Positions 50,042-61,205 of a stretch of 64,000 nucleotides of DNA are shown here, in pieces. The translations under genes were made by a program, and so were the position numbers. Source of the stretch: Ignavibacteriota bacterium (GTDB taxonomy: Bacteria; Bacteroidota; Ignavibacteria; Palsa-1295); assembly GCA_963787835.1 (NCBI GenBank), contig CAWBEI010000002.1, forward strand, positions 1,568,001 through 1,632,000, read 5' to 3'. Under the pieces are notes generated by a model, which was not told the DNA's origin, did not search any database, and saw only the letters and a program-made list of their open reading frames with translations. Each line of letters starts with the position of its first letter. Position 1 is the first letter of the stretch.

Positions 50042-50665
50042 ATGCAAATACGTTCACGCCATTTCACGGTGGCATTCTTCCTTGCTGCACTCGTCTATGG
50101 GAGCAGCGCGTTGGCGCAAGCGCCTTCCGATTCGGTTCTTGGATCCCGCTGGTTGCAGGATGCCTACGGCGTTCGGCTCGGCGCGATCGGGAATTATTTC
50201 GTGAATAAAAGCGTGCAGATCGAAAATCCGTTCGATGCGCCGCCGGTTAAAGGCGGTTGGCATCCGGTGCTCAACCCCTATTACGAAGTACCACTTACGC
50301 AAGGAGTGACTGCTTCGTACGAGCTGATGCTCGTCTATGAGAGCTGGTCTGTCTTCGGGCTTTCGGATTTCAACTTCCAAAGCTACGGATTCAATTGCGA
50401 GTTTCGATGGGATCCTTCGGCCAGCGCGGGAGACGCGCCGGCCATCCATCGGATGCACCCCTATTATTCCTGTGGGGCAGGATTCGATACCTACACAGAT
50501 CGGGTATCGATCAGTCTTCCGCTCAGCGCCGGCGAGCTGATCCCGTTCTCGAACAGAACGGAACTTGAATTGGCCGCTCGCATCACGCCGCAATTATTTC
50601 TTGGTAATGGTCTTGGTATGTCATACGGGATCACCGCAGGAATCCGAATGCTTAATCCCCAATAA
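50042..50665 (+). CDS. hypothetical outer-membrane beta-barrel protein
   Basis: Signal peptide; HPYYSCGAGF, YGITAGIR. Confidence 0.6.
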   Translation: MQIRSRHFTVAFFLAALVYGSSALAQAPSDSVLGSRWLQDAYGVRLGAIGNYFVNKSVQIENPFDAPPVKGGWHPVLNPYYEVPLTQGVTASYELMLVYESWSVFGLSDFNFQSYGFNCEFRWDPSASAGDAPAIHRMHPYYSCGAGFDTYTDRVSISLPLSAGELIPFSNRTELELAARITPQLFLGNGLGMSYGITAGIRMLNPQ

Positions 50666-50688
50666 CCTTCTTAACCATTTTGAACCCT

Positions 50689-51678
50689 ATGAGATCATTA
50701 TGCCTTTTCATTTTCGTCCTGCTCGTTGTGCCTCCGGCTGCGTCAATAGCACAAGTGGATTCATCGCGCGCCGTTTCGGACACCACCTCCTATGCGCCAA
50801 AGCTTGACTGGGGTCGGGTTGGTGCTAGTGTCGGTGGGCTCACGGCTACAATCGTCGCCATTCATATTTATCAAAATAATGCCTGGTGGGCCAATGACCG
50901 AGAGGGATTTCATGTGATCGAAGATCCTTCCTATCAAGCGGATTTCGATAAGTGCGGCCACATGTTCGGAGCGGAATACAGTTCCTGGGTGTTCGATCAA
51001 GCCTACCGATGGGCCGGCATGGATACGATACAAGCCAATGTGTTCGGAGCGCTTTCGGGCGCCTTGTGGGAGTATTATGTCGAGATCGAAGATGGCTTTG
51101 CAAGCGCCTGGGGCTTCTCGCGTGGGGATGCGAAGAGCGATATTACAGGTGCTACTTTTTATCTGCTGAGCCAGCGAGTGCCTTACCTCGACGATCTTCG
51201 GTATAAATGGTTTTTTACGCCAACCAACAAGTTGCTGAAAGACCAGCCCGATATTCCCGGGCAGAGCGTCAATGCGATCGAAGATTATGGTGGGCAAACC
51301 TATTATCTGCGCGCTGATGTCGATGCAATGCTTCCGAACGACTGGAAGTGCTATTGGCCCAAGTGGTTAAACCTTGGTGTGGCAGTCAGCGGATATGATA
51401 TCAATACTGACGATGTCAATAGCCCGTCCGGAAACGTATTCGACCTACGCAAGAAAGCGTGGTACCTCACGCTGGATTACGACATCGAAAAGATCATTCC
51501 CAAGACCGGCATCGGCTTTGTGGATTTCCTGGTAAGTGCCCTTGGCTATTGGCATTTTCCGGCCCCGGCCTGGCGGTTCTATCCCGATAAGGTGTTCTAC
51601 TGGACCTTTCCGGTTAATATCTCGATCGATCATGGCCTCCACATTGGAGCGGAACCCTCCTTTGGAGGGACGAATTAG
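50689..51678 (+). CDS. DUF2279/YfiM-like protein
   Basis: DKCGHMFG, EIEDGF..WGFSRGD, EDYGGQTY, WPKWLNL. Confidence 0.8.
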   Translation: MRSLCLFIFVLLVVPPAASIAQVDSSRAVSDTTSYAPKLDWGRVGASVGGLTATIVAIHIYQNNAWWANDREGFHVIEDPSYQADFDKCGHMFGAEYSSWVFDQAYRWAGMDTIQANVFGALSGALWEYYVEIEDGFASAWGFSRGDAKSDITGATFYLLSQRVPYLDDLRYKWFFTPTNKLLKDQPDIPGQSVNAIEDYGGQTYYLRADVDAMLPNDWKCYWPKWLNLGVAVSGYDINTDDVNSPSGNVFDLRKKAWYLTLDYDIEKIIPKTGIGFVDFLVSALGYWHFPAPAWRFYPDKVFYWTFPVNISIDHGLHIGAEPSFGGTN

Positions 51679-51738
51679 TTCAGATCAAGAAAATTCAAGG
51701 TGGCGTATAAATGATGAAGTGAATCATGTGGTGGGCAC

Positions 51739-53584
51739 TCACATCTTTTCGAGCGCATCTTTGATCTTTGGGCGCATTTGCTCATCCTGATGTTCGTTAC
51801 CTCCCATTTCAAATCCAAGTGTCTTGCCATCCTTGCCAATGATAATGTGGGTTGGGTAGCCTTCGACGCCAAGCTTCTGACAAATCTCGTATCCATTCGG
51901 TACGATCTGGAATTTTGATTCCGCATGTTCAAGGTATCGCCGGAGAGCTTGCTCGTCATTAGTCGCGATCGAGAGGAACACTACATTTGTGTCACCCTTG
52001 AACGACTCAACCAATTTATTAAGTGAATTCTTTTCGATCTCGCATCCCGCGCAGCTAATGAACCAGCAATCGAGTACAACGACTTTTCCACGATGCGCCT
52101 CAAGTGATCCTGTTACGCCGTCGAGCGTAGTGTAGGTGAAGTTAGGCACAGAAGGTAATTCGATCTTTCCGCCATACTCTTTAGCCAACCTGCTTGAAAA
52201 TTCCTGTTGTGTTTCGGTTCCTTCCTTGAATTTCTGATAAAAATCTCTTAATCCGCTCACGTGGCCGCCAGTTCCAAGCGCGATCACTTCACCATACGTG
52301 CGTTTTGCATCTTCGATGCGTCCGGCTTCGAAATAAGCATTTGCCAGCGCGCCACCGATCTCTTGTTTGTCAGTAATCTCGGTAGAGCTAAGAATTGCGC
52401 TCCGACCGATCGTTTCTGCTTCATCGAGGCGTCCTAACTTCGCCAATAAAGCAATTTTATTGGCAATGACATGCTTTAGCCGGCCCATGCCACCCCAAAT
52501 ATTATCGCCGGAATAAAAAGCAGAGAGACTTTTTGCACTTTGCTCCGCTCGTTCGCACCAGAACGAGTGCCTTATTAGGATCGTAGAGGGGCCCCTTCTG
52601 ATTGCCATAAGCATACGAAATGGAAAGAAGCAGATCGACATCATGGGAGCCATTTCCAGCTTCGGAGGCTGAACAGGCTCCGCAAACAATTTTAAAGGTG
52701 TTTACCGGAAGCAGCGTATCCCAAGCCATGTGCCGCAACCAGTTGCTGGCCATATAACTATTCGGGTTGCGCTCGACGAGAGGTGCAATGATTCGGCCAG
52801 GCACGATCGGAAAAGTCATACTGCCTCCCTTTGTCATGCTTGGCGCAAAAAAAGAATTCCAGAAATTGGCATCATTGAAGAGTGGATCGAATCCCTGTGT
52901 TTGCGCGGCAGACTGAAATTCCACGTTTGCGAGGGAGTCCTTTCTCTGACGCATGTAAATCTCGCCGAGCGTAAAATGCCAGGATGCAGTATTGTCCGGG
53001 GATGCTTTCAGGCGGTCAATGAGCGAGGCCATCCAAGGCTTCCACGCAGAGTCAGGCATTGCTTTTCCGCCTGACATTTCGATCTGGTTAGCCTGATCGT
53101 AAGCAGCAATGTAGGAAGAATAATGCTTCGGATATTCGTTGAGATCGGCGTTGAGTGCGCTATCTATATTGGATGTGGCAGCTTCAATGATCGAGCCTGC
53201 AGTCGGACGGCCATCCTTTGTGCGGCATGTAGACTGCGTTACGCCATTAGGCACACGGTCGGTTGGAACGCAAATATCTATCCATAAGGAGTGCGTCGAG
53301 TCCGGCACAGTCAATTCTGCCTCATAATGTGTGCCGCTGACGTGCCTCATCGGTAGCACCATTCCGTGCTCCGGACGTGAGCCTTGGACGATCACAGCAC
53401 AGAAAAGCGTGTCTTGTGAATCGGATCTTACAAAGGAGGAGGTGTCTTCAGTGATGTAACGAATCGTGATCTTTTCACCCCAGCGTGGGTCGTCATTGGA
53501 AACATGTACACCCTGTTGCGCAAATAAAGAAGAAGATGAGAAGATCATGAATACAGCCATGCTCAGCCGCAGAATGTTTTTCAT
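51739..53584 (-). pseudogene. secreted TPR + TlpA/redoxin protein, frameshift at about 52564 (possibly a sequencing error)
   Basis: Signal-peptide ORF and C-terminal WFISCAGC / GYPT thioredoxin ORF join if one base is removed. Confidence 0.75.
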
Positions 53585-53759
53585 GATTATCAAGGAACGT
53601 GTGAGAGGATTTTGGAGTCTCATATCAGGTGATTCTTCTGATAGAAAGTACTATGATAAATGTAGTCTGATGTTCCGAAATAGATTTTTAGTGGCATTCT
53701 GCCCCATGAATGGTAGGAGGCATTAGACACGAAAAAGTCGCACGTTCCGATCAACCTTT

Positions 53760-56700
53760 TTACCGAGCCCGCACCGCAGTCTGTGTTACAGCATCAGAGA
53801 CGTTATCGCCATTGGTGCCATTGATAACGACGCGATAAACGTACGTTCCGTTGGCTACTTCGTTTCCATGTTCGTCTCGGCCATCCCATTCAACGGCGTT
53901 AAAGCCGGCGTGCGTTACGCTTGGAGTGAGTGTCCTAATCTTACGTCCGGCAATGGTATAGACAACAATTTTAATATCGGCTGATGCGTCTGATTTTAGG
54001 ATAAAGGTAAAATCCGTTGTTTCCTTGAATGGATTCGGATAATTCATCACCTCTTCGATACCGTTCACATCGCTGACGGTAAAACATTGTTGAAGTGTGT
54101 CCGTATTTCCGCTTGCATCGCGGAGATAGGCATGCATGATCCATGTTCCGGCAGTGAAGGGCGCATTAGGCGCTGGAGTGATCGTCAACTGTGCTTGCAA
54201 TGGGCCTCCTGGAAACGATTTAAATGTCACAGTAAGGCCGTGTGTATTGATCGTGGAAACTGGAAAAAACTGGTTGTTTTGCTCATCCAGAAAATCAGCG
54301 GTAATGGAACTTGTTGACGTGTCACGCAGCGGGTTTGAACTGATCATTTGGATCTGGATCGTCGAACGGCTCGAGACATATCCACAGTCCGCAGAAATAT
54401 GTTGAGGAACCATATCTGTCGGATCGACAAAAAGAATTTCGCCGGAGGGTGACATCGTATCCCTCGTGACGTTGTAGGAACCATTAATGGTGTTATTAAA
54501 GAGAAGCTGCTCGTTCTGCGCTTCGTTCGGGTTCACGGTGGCTGTAAGCGTGGCGTTGCCAAGCTCGTTCTGTGTTGAGATCGTGTCCTTAAAAGGTTGA
54601 ACTCCGTGGCCCGCGATCAGGGACACAAGATGCTCTGCTGAGGTATCCGTTTTTCCTTGATATTGCCGGAGCAGCAGGACAAGAACGGAATCGCCGGGTG
54701 TGCAAGTAAGCGTTGTCGCGGAGTAGTTCGCGATCGTCGAGCCGCCAGAGTTTATGGTCTGCGGAGTGCATGTGATCGAATCCGTAGCAAAAGTAAATTC
54801 GGGTGCGGGGTCGTATTGCAGAGCGATCCCAGAAAGTGCGGGACTAACAGAAGTATTTGCTGAGCGAGTAAATCCCATCTGCACCCCGAGCCGATCGTAG
54901 GTGCGGGGATTGATATTAGAGAGGCTAAAAGAATAGCCCGACGATGCTTTAAACGTATCGACGATGTCAACCCCGCTGCCATCGCGCCGCGAGCCGAGTA
55001 CCGTAAACGCAATATCATTCCCGCTCACGATGGGATCACCGGTCCAGGTGAGCGTCCCATAATCTTTTGCGACGGCCGTATAAGGGGTTTCTGCAAACCC
55101 GGACGTGCCGGCGGTAATAATTGTGTCGAATGCCATCGCCCCCCCCGATTGATATGGCGCGAATACTTCTTTCGCAGTTCCTGGCGCGCTGCCTTTTATT
55201 CCAATAAGAGAGTAGCTGCCATCATAGGCCATCGGCGACAAACCAATACGGGAACCGAGCGACTCCATTTGTCCCTGCACTGCAGGAAAGAAGTACTGAG
55301 GAAATTGCACCGATCCTACGGTCAGTACCATGACAAGACGGTTTTGCGGGATGGAAGATAGCACTGAATTGAACAAAACAGCCATCGAATCTTGGAACAT
55401 GGTATCGAGTTGCAGTTGCCACGGCATTTCGAACTCGAAGACAGAATCGATCTGGGTTCCGTCCGGTGTCCAGACAAGGACCGCATACCCGTTGTCGAAG
55501 ATCGAGCCATTATAATAGCCACTATCCTGCCAATAAAATCTGCCATTGAGAAAAACCTGCGCGTAGGGCGCATCTGCACGGATATTCGTATCACCAAGCC
55601 CGTGCGAGATCCCTTCAAGCCGCATTGTATCCTGTTGCGGGAGATAAAGCATTCCCCGCGTATTGATGGACAAGCCATTTACGATGGTAGTAGCCAATTG
55701 ATCCTGTGAAGTATAGCTGAACTCCGGCCTCGCCGCTGAACCGGTGCTGAAGCTCGCAGGCTGCCATGGGGTCGTATCTCCAGAAGCACGCACCACGCGC
55801 GTTCGCCACCAATATACAGAAGAGGAGGGGATGGGCGCCGAAGGCACCGTCACATCGAACGTGATGTAATAGGCCGAGCCAATGCTTGTTTTACGATCGA
55901 CAAGAATATTCGTAAACGCGATTGTGGTATCGAGCTGGAGTTCCACTTGATCGTTCGGGTTGCTTCCGGAGGGCGGGAGTACGATAAAATGAACGCTATT
56001 CGGCCCGATGTCGCAAAGTTGCCGTTCTCCCTCATAAGGAAAGAACGGGGTGGTCGAAAGTCCATTGATCTGGATCTGAATGCATGCTGAGTCATCGGAA
56101 CGGTAGGATTCCGGGAATTTATGATCCGGATCGATAACAACGCAAATTTCGTGCAGACCGATGGAGGTTGCGTTCAGCCCAAATACCGCAGAGGCCGATG
56201 CACTATCGTTGAGTCCGGCAAGGGTATCAAATCGTACGGTTGGAAACCCGCTTGGTCCTGCATCGGTAATGCGAATGACCACGGGACGATCCGCTGAATA
56301 TCCATAATTATGGATAAGCGCCTGAATGGTTAAAGTACTATCGCTAATCGTAAAATTTGTCTGGGGCGTGCTGCTTCCGGGGGCATATCCATGCACCTCG
56401 TTCGAATACACTGCGAACTCGGGCTGCGGCCGCAGTGCAAAGCCGACTGCTGCGTCCCCGAGCATAGAGTTCTGTAATACCTCATTATGGGTTATGCCAC
56501 CACCGAAATCGTATTGTGAGGTCAGCATCTTTGCAGCGGTCAGCATTTCGAGCATATTCATGCTTTCCGAACGTGTACTGTCGTGGCTGCTGTCGAAGGA
56601 CTGCATCATGCTGAACCAATCTCCGGTCAGGGTTCCATCGAAGTATTCTTCACCAAATCCCGTTGTGCCATAAGCCTGAACCGATCCGGCTTCTTGCGCC

Positions 56701-59700
56701 TCGATGTAGGATTGGTTCACCCCGATCTGATCGGGTTCCGCAAAGTCGCCGGTTCGGCATGTCAGTGTGAGGAGCAGCGGGTAAAGTCCTTTGTTTTGCA
56801 AGACGCTCGCATCGGGGAAGGCTACATCGGAGGTAAACGTAGCTCCATGTCCGCCAAAGTACATGATCGATTGTCCGCTCAATAGCAAGTTCTCTATTGC
56901 GCCGATATGCGTGGGATCGATGCCACCCATACCTCCAGGTGGCCAAACGTTTCGGTCAATGATCGTATCCTGAATGTTCATGGGCGGAGCGATCAGCCCC
57001 AGGTTTCCAACCGGAGGAGGAGGAAACAGCCAGGACTCATAATCCTGATCGAAACTTTCGTGCTCCAATCCGGTGCTATCCCCGCCGGCTATGAACATAA
57101 AATTCCGGTTCCACGATGCGGGTGGTTCGTTCTCATATTCCTGTAATTTCGAGATATAGGACTCCGCAGCCCCTTCGGAAGCGATCGGAATGCGGGAGAT
57201 CATCATGAGCGGCAGGCTGTCGAGATCGCTATCGGACTCCGGAATCGTGAAGTAGGAGTCGCTCGCAGGATTGCCAAAGGATGGCACGAAGGAGCGCTGG
57301 GAACTGCTTGGTAAAATAAATTTTGGATCCCACGAAGCATTCCCCAACAGCGTCACTAATCCAACGGGGGTATTTGAATAATTGTAGTACGCATAATTCA
57401 AATAGCGGCGGATCGCTTCGGGTTCATTGCTGCCATAATCGAACGCATTAAAGATCTCGTCGGTGGTGACTACTTTCGTTTTTAGTCCCTGATTTGCGCG
57501 AAGGGTAGTCAGCATTTGAGCAGCGCGCGTGAATGCAGGATGCGTGATCACAAGGTAATCCACCTGATTTTGCGGATTCAGTATTTGCCAGGAAAGTACG
57601 TTCGGAGATTTGGTATTCCAGGGTTGAATGTTATCGCATTTTAAAAGTGTGGCAGTCGTTGCGGCAGCATATTGCAGTGGATTGGAAGAAGTGGAATCTA
57701 TAAATTGGCCGGAAGGATCGAGAATGCGCGTGTTATCCGTCAGATTGTAAAGATGGACCGTTCCATCCGACATAGCAAGCTGGAACACGGTGTCCGTTTG
57801 TGCAATGGAAAAAAGCCACTGTCCTTTTGCAATCCCCGTATCGGTGCTTGGCACGAGTGCGTTTTCGATCCTAACCTCGTAATAGTCCAGATAAAACTGA
57901 TCGACGCTATCTCCGAGCGTAAGGGCGTTTATATTTACTGCGTTTGCACCAACGGCAAGCCGAGAGAGCGGAACTGTCATCGTGAGGGAATCATAGGTAA
58001 ATCCCAAAAAATTCGTTTGAAAGCTTTTAATTCCACCCACTTCCGCTTGCACGGTATGACCAAGGTTCGAGGCTTGATACGACATTCCCCGGAATAAAAA
58101 GCTTATCGTTGCAACCTTGCCAGAGGTATCGGAAGGGAGCTTAGAGATGTAGAATGTATCTGTAAAATGCGATAGCGCCGGATTGCCGTTATTGGCGTCT
58201 GTGCCATACAGTTCCGCCCATTCGAACCGTTCGCCGGGTACATATTCCGTCATTTGCTGCGTTTCAGTTTCATCTTCTCCTGCATCGCCGGTATAATAAT
58301 TGACATCCTTTTCATGATGCAGGAGTTCCATCCCCGAAGCAATTATGGGCGCGTTCGTTGGAACGACAGATTTAGCACTGTAGCGTAACGGAGGCGCGAT
58401 CCCGCCGGACGAAGTCAGCCAATACACATTGGTATCCGTTGCGACATTGTAGTATTCAGACATACTATAATTTTCTGACGGATTGTAATTTGGAGCATCC
58501 TGTACCTGGTAATCGTAGAGCAAGAAGGGATTCCAGAGCACCGTCGGCAGCGGGAACCCGTGAAGATGCTGGCCATAGAACTCGATGCCAGTAATGTTGC
58601 CGGAAGCATCGGTATCGATCCATATTGGGATCTCGACACCATGATTGTAGCAGCGAACATTTTTCGTGGTCCAGCCAGAAGTTGGAAGTGAAAAACCTTG
58701 GTTGGTAAAGTTGAGATCGCTGGCATTCACGCGGTACATCCCATCGTGGGTAACAGCAAGGCGAATATATGCTGCATTCGTATCGATCCAACGGGTGACG
58801 GAATCGAAATTATTTTGCAGGGTTGAAAATTTCAAATTTTTCGAAACCACAGGCCGCGCGGCAAGCGGTTTCTGCGAAGGCTTTTGCTTCAAGGGAACCG
58901 CGAAGGACGAGAGATCCCAGGTGTTCGTAACGAGCTTAGAATCGAGATCGGCGAAAAGAGGATCGTGCGTTGCAGCGGGTGCTATACTCGTTGCCTGCGT
59001 AGTATTAAAGTTGATCCCAACGGAGAATGTTTCGAGAGCTACCGAAGCACCTGAAAGAAGCGGCACGCTCACCGTTACCATTCGTAAGGAGCGAAAGGTT
59101 CGTGGTTTAGTTATGGTCAGGGTTGGGAATGATGAATACAAGTTTGCATCATAGACGCGCTGTAATTTCCCTTTAACGGTTTTTGCGGAAGGAGGGAAAT
59201 GAATGTTCCCGATCGGCGCCGTGGAAGTTGTTTTAAGAATGGGGGTAATATTACTTGCGTTTGCAGGGACCGCAAATGTAAAGGTAAGCACCGGATACTC
59301 CGGCGCTCCGCCGTGAGCCGAGAACGGTGTAACACCGGGGGGCAGCCCACGCGCAAGTGCGCGCCAACCGACTTTCGAAAACTTCATTCCCGAAGGCGCA
59401 TTCGCCACAGTTACAGATGAAGCGGATGTTGTGGGAGTGCCCAGATCCACGGCAAGCGTGACCGAGCCAGTGTTTGCAGTGACCGATGTTTTGTGAGATA
59501 CTATAATGGAATGAGCATGAGCCGCACTCCTAACGCCAAACCACTTTATGTGTGGCTGATGAGCACGGCGCTTCGTGGAACGGACGTGCGAGGATACTAA
59601 TGGGTGTAAATGAGCCGGTCGCGTTGTGTTTGCCGTTGCAGGACGATTTACTGCGAACTGTTGTGCGACTTTCGGCACGCTTTTCGGAAGCTGAAATCCG

Positions 59701-59780
59701 ACAGCTGCGCTCGACGCCGAGAGCAGGCAAATTAGAGAGAAGGATGTAAAACAGCGAGAGATCATTCGTTTAATCAACAC
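53760..59780 (-). CDS. C25 (gingipain/PorU-like) cysteine peptidase with CARDB-like, ILEI-like and FlgD-Ig C-terminal domains
   Basis: DYLVITHP, FGGHG and LTCRTG His/Cys dyad, LGDAA, NYPNPF...WDGRD..G..VANGTY. Confidence 0.88.
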   Translation of the reverse strand: MLIKRMISRCFTSFSLICLLSASSAAVGFQLPKSVPKVAQQFAVNRPATANTTRPAHLHPLVSSHVRSTKRRAHQPHIKWFGVRSAAHAHSIIVSHKTSVTANTGSVTLAVDLGTPTTSASSVTVANAPSGMKFSKVGWRALARGLPPGVTPFSAHGGAPEYPVLTFTFAVPANASNITPILKTTSTAPIGNIHFPPSAKTVKGKLQRVYDANLYSSFPTLTITKPRTFRSLRMVTVSVPLLSGASVALETFSVGINFNTTQATSIAPAATHDPLFADLDSKLVTNTWDLSSFAVPLKQKPSQKPLAARPVVSKNLKFSTLQNNFDSVTRWIDTNAAYIRLAVTHDGMYRVNASDLNFTNQGFSLPTSGWTTKNVRCYNHGVEIPIWIDTDASGNITGIEFYGQHLHGFPLPTVLWNPFLLYDYQVQDAPNYNPSENYSMSEYYNVATDTNVYWLTSSGGIAPPLRYSAKSVVPTNAPIIASGMELLHHEKDVNYYTGDAGEDETETQQMTEYVPGERFEWAELYGTDANNGNPALSHFTDTFYISKLPSDTSGKVATISFLFRGMSYQASNLGHTVQAEVGGIKSFQTNFLGFTYDSLTMTVPLSRLAVGANAVNINALTLGDSVDQFYLDYYEVRIENALVPSTDTGIAKGQWLFSIAQTDTVFQLAMSDGTVHLYNLTDNTRILDPSGQFIDSTSSNPLQYAAATTATLLKCDNIQPWNTKSPNVLSWQILNPQNQVDYLVITHPAFTRAAQMLTTLRANQGLKTKVVTTDEIFNAFDYGSNEPEAIRRYLNYAYYNYSNTPVGLVTLLGNASWDPKFILPSSSQRSFVPSFGNPASDSYFTIPESDSDLDSLPLMMISRIPIASEGAAESYISKLQEYENEPPASWNRNFMFIAGGDSTGLEHESFDQDYESWLFPPPPVGNLGLIAPPMNIQDTIIDRNVWPPGGMGGIDPTHIGAIENLLLSGQSIMYFGGHGATFTSDVAFPDASVLQNKGLYPLLLTLTCRTGDFAEPDQIGVNQSYIEAQEAGSVQAYGTTGFGEEYFDGTLTGDWFSMMQSFDSSHDSTRSESMNMLEMLTAAKMLTSQYDFGGGITHNEVLQNSMLGDAAVGFALRPQPEFAVYSNEVHGYAPGSSTPQTNFTISDSTLTIQALIHNYGYSADRPVVIRITDAGPSGFPTVRFDTLAGLNDSASASAVFGLNATSIGLHEICVVIDPDHKFPESYRSDDSACIQIQINGLSTTPFFPYEGERQLCDIGPNSVHFIVLPPSGSNPNDQVELQLDTTIAFTNILVDRKTSIGSAYYITFDVTVPSAPIPSSSVYWWRTRVVRASGDTTPWQPASFSTGSAARPEFSYTSQDQLATTIVNGLSINTRGMLYLPQQDTMRLEGISHGLGDTNIRADAPYAQVFLNGRFYWQDSGYYNGSIFDNGYAVLVWTPDGTQIDSVFEFEMPWQLQLDTMFQDSMAVLFNSVLSSIPQNRLVMVLTVGSVQFPQYFFPAVQGQMESLGSRIGLSPMAYDGSYSLIGIKGSAPGTAKEVFAPYQSGGAMAFDTIITAGTSGFAETPYTAVAKDYGTLTWTGDPIVSGNDIAFTVLGSRRDGSGVDIVDTFKASSGYSFSLSNINPRTYDRLGVQMGFTRSANTSVSPALSGIALQYDPAPEFTFATDSITCTPQTINSGGSTIANYSATTLTCTPGDSVLVLLLRQYQGKTDTSAEHLVSLIAGHGVQPFKDTISTQNELGNATLTATVNPNEAQNEQLLFNNTINGSYNVTRDTMSPSGEILFVDPTDMVPQHISADCGYVSSRSTIQIQMISSNPLRDTSTSSITADFLDEQNNQFFPVSTINTHGLTVTFKSFPGGPLQAQLTITPAPNAPFTAGTWIMHAYLRDASGNTDTLQQCFTVSDVNGIEEVMNYPNPFKETTDFTFILKSDASADIKIVVYTIAGRKIRTLTPSVTHAGFNAVEWDGRDEHGNEVANGTYVYRVVINGTNGDNVSDAVTQTAVRAR

Positions 59781-59819
59781 AGCAACAACGCGGTAAATCC
59801 GCGCATTGTCCCTTAGGGA

Positions 59820-61205
59820 TTAATTTTTGACCATACGGGTATCGGGTGCATTCCACGGCCATTCCTGCTTTATCCTTGCCCATCCGAAATAAACTAAGAC
59901 ACCAATTCCTATTACTGAGGATGCACCGACAATGAATTTCAGTCCGGTGAAGTAGAAAACGAACAGCCAGATCGCGATCGAGAGAATCGCCGGTATCGGA
60001 AACAGAGGCATGCGATAGGGCAGTGATGCAGTCCTATCACGATCTCGGTGCCACAACATCAACCCCACGGTTTGTCCGATAAATTGGATGAGAATGCGCA
60101 TGGCGAGAATGGCGCTGATAACTTCGCTCATTCTATCGAAAAATACGCTGAAGATAAAGGCTAACGCGCCAAGCACAAGCAGTGACACCGTCGGAAAATG
60201 TTCGGTAGGATGCACTCGCGCGAAGATGCGAAAAAACGCTCCATCGTTTGCGGCGGCATACGGAATGCGTGAATACCCAAGCATTGCTGAAAAAAGAGAT
60301 GCCGCTGCAATGATCAGAATAAGAACAGTGCCAACGTTTGCCGCATTTGTGCCGTAAAGGTGTTCGAAGAAGGTGCTGAAAATAAAATCGGAGTGCCGCG
60401 ACGTTTGCCATGGCATCGTTCCCAGAATGCTAAGCTGCATCCCAATATAAATGATCGCAATGCCACCAATGGAAAGGAACATGCTGCGAGGAATATTTTT
60501 CTCCGGATCGCGTATTTCCGCACCCAAATGGCAAACATTATAATATCCCAAATAACTATACACCGATTTACCCATTGCCTGCCCCAATACCACAAAAAAG
60601 ATGGGCGAGAGCGTCCAGGCTCCGGGAGGATAATTAAAGGCAAGTTGTGGATCGAAATGGGTAGCTCCTGCAAAGAGGATCCAGGCGATGGTGAGGATCA
60701 GCACCGTCCAGAGAATGATCGAAATGCGCCCGGCTGTTGCGATCTTTCTGTATAAAACGATCGTGAGCAAGATCACAAGCGCGCCGGAAACGGCTTTGCG
60801 CGCAAACGGAGTCAAGGGAAGAAGGTAATTAAAATGCTCCGCAAAACCGATAGCGCCGGAAGCGACGACAAGCGGCGCCTGAAAAACAGTCTGCCAAATA
60901 AAGAGAAACGAGAATAACTTGCCCCAGGTATGCTCGCCGTAGAGTTTTCGAAGGAAGACAAAGCTCCCGCCTGCCTCCGGCCATTTCGCGCCAAGTTCCG
61001 ACCACACCATCCCATCGATCATGGCAAGCAGTGCGCCGAGCAGCCATGCAATGATGCACTGCGGGCCATTCATAATGTCGATGACGAGCGCCATCGTCAC
61101 GAATGGGCCGATGCCCACCATGTCGATCATGTTTAGCGCCGTTGCCTCGCGCAGCCCGATACCGCGAACGAGGGAGGGATGGGACTCGGACGCTATCTCG
61201 CTCAC
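59820..61205 (-). CDS. APC family amino acid permease
   Basis: MVGIGPF, ELGAKWPEAGG, AEIRDPEKNIPR, SRIPYAAA. Confidence 0.93.
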   Translation of the reverse strand: MSEIASESHPSLVRGIGLREATALNMIDMVGIGPFVTMALVIDIMNGPQCIIAWLLGALLAMIDGMVWSELGAKWPEAGGSFVFLRKLYGEHTWGKLFSFLFIWQTVFQAPLVVASGAIGFAEHFNYLLPLTPFARKAVSGALVILLTIVLYRKIATAGRISIILWTVLILTIAWILFAGATHFDPQLAFNYPPGAWTLSPIFFVVLGQAMGKSVYSYLGYYNVCHLGAEIRDPEKNIPRSMFLSIGGIAIIYIGMQLSILGTMPWQTSRHSDFIFSTFFEHLYGTNAANVGTVLILIIAAASLFSAMLGYSRIPYAAANDGAFFRIFARVHPTEHFPTVSLLVLGALAFIFSVFFDRMSEVISAILAMRILIQFIGQTVGLMLWHRDRDRTASLPYRMPLFPIPAILSIAIWLFVFYFTGLKFIVGASSVIGIGVLVYFGWARIKQEWPWNAPDTRMVKN

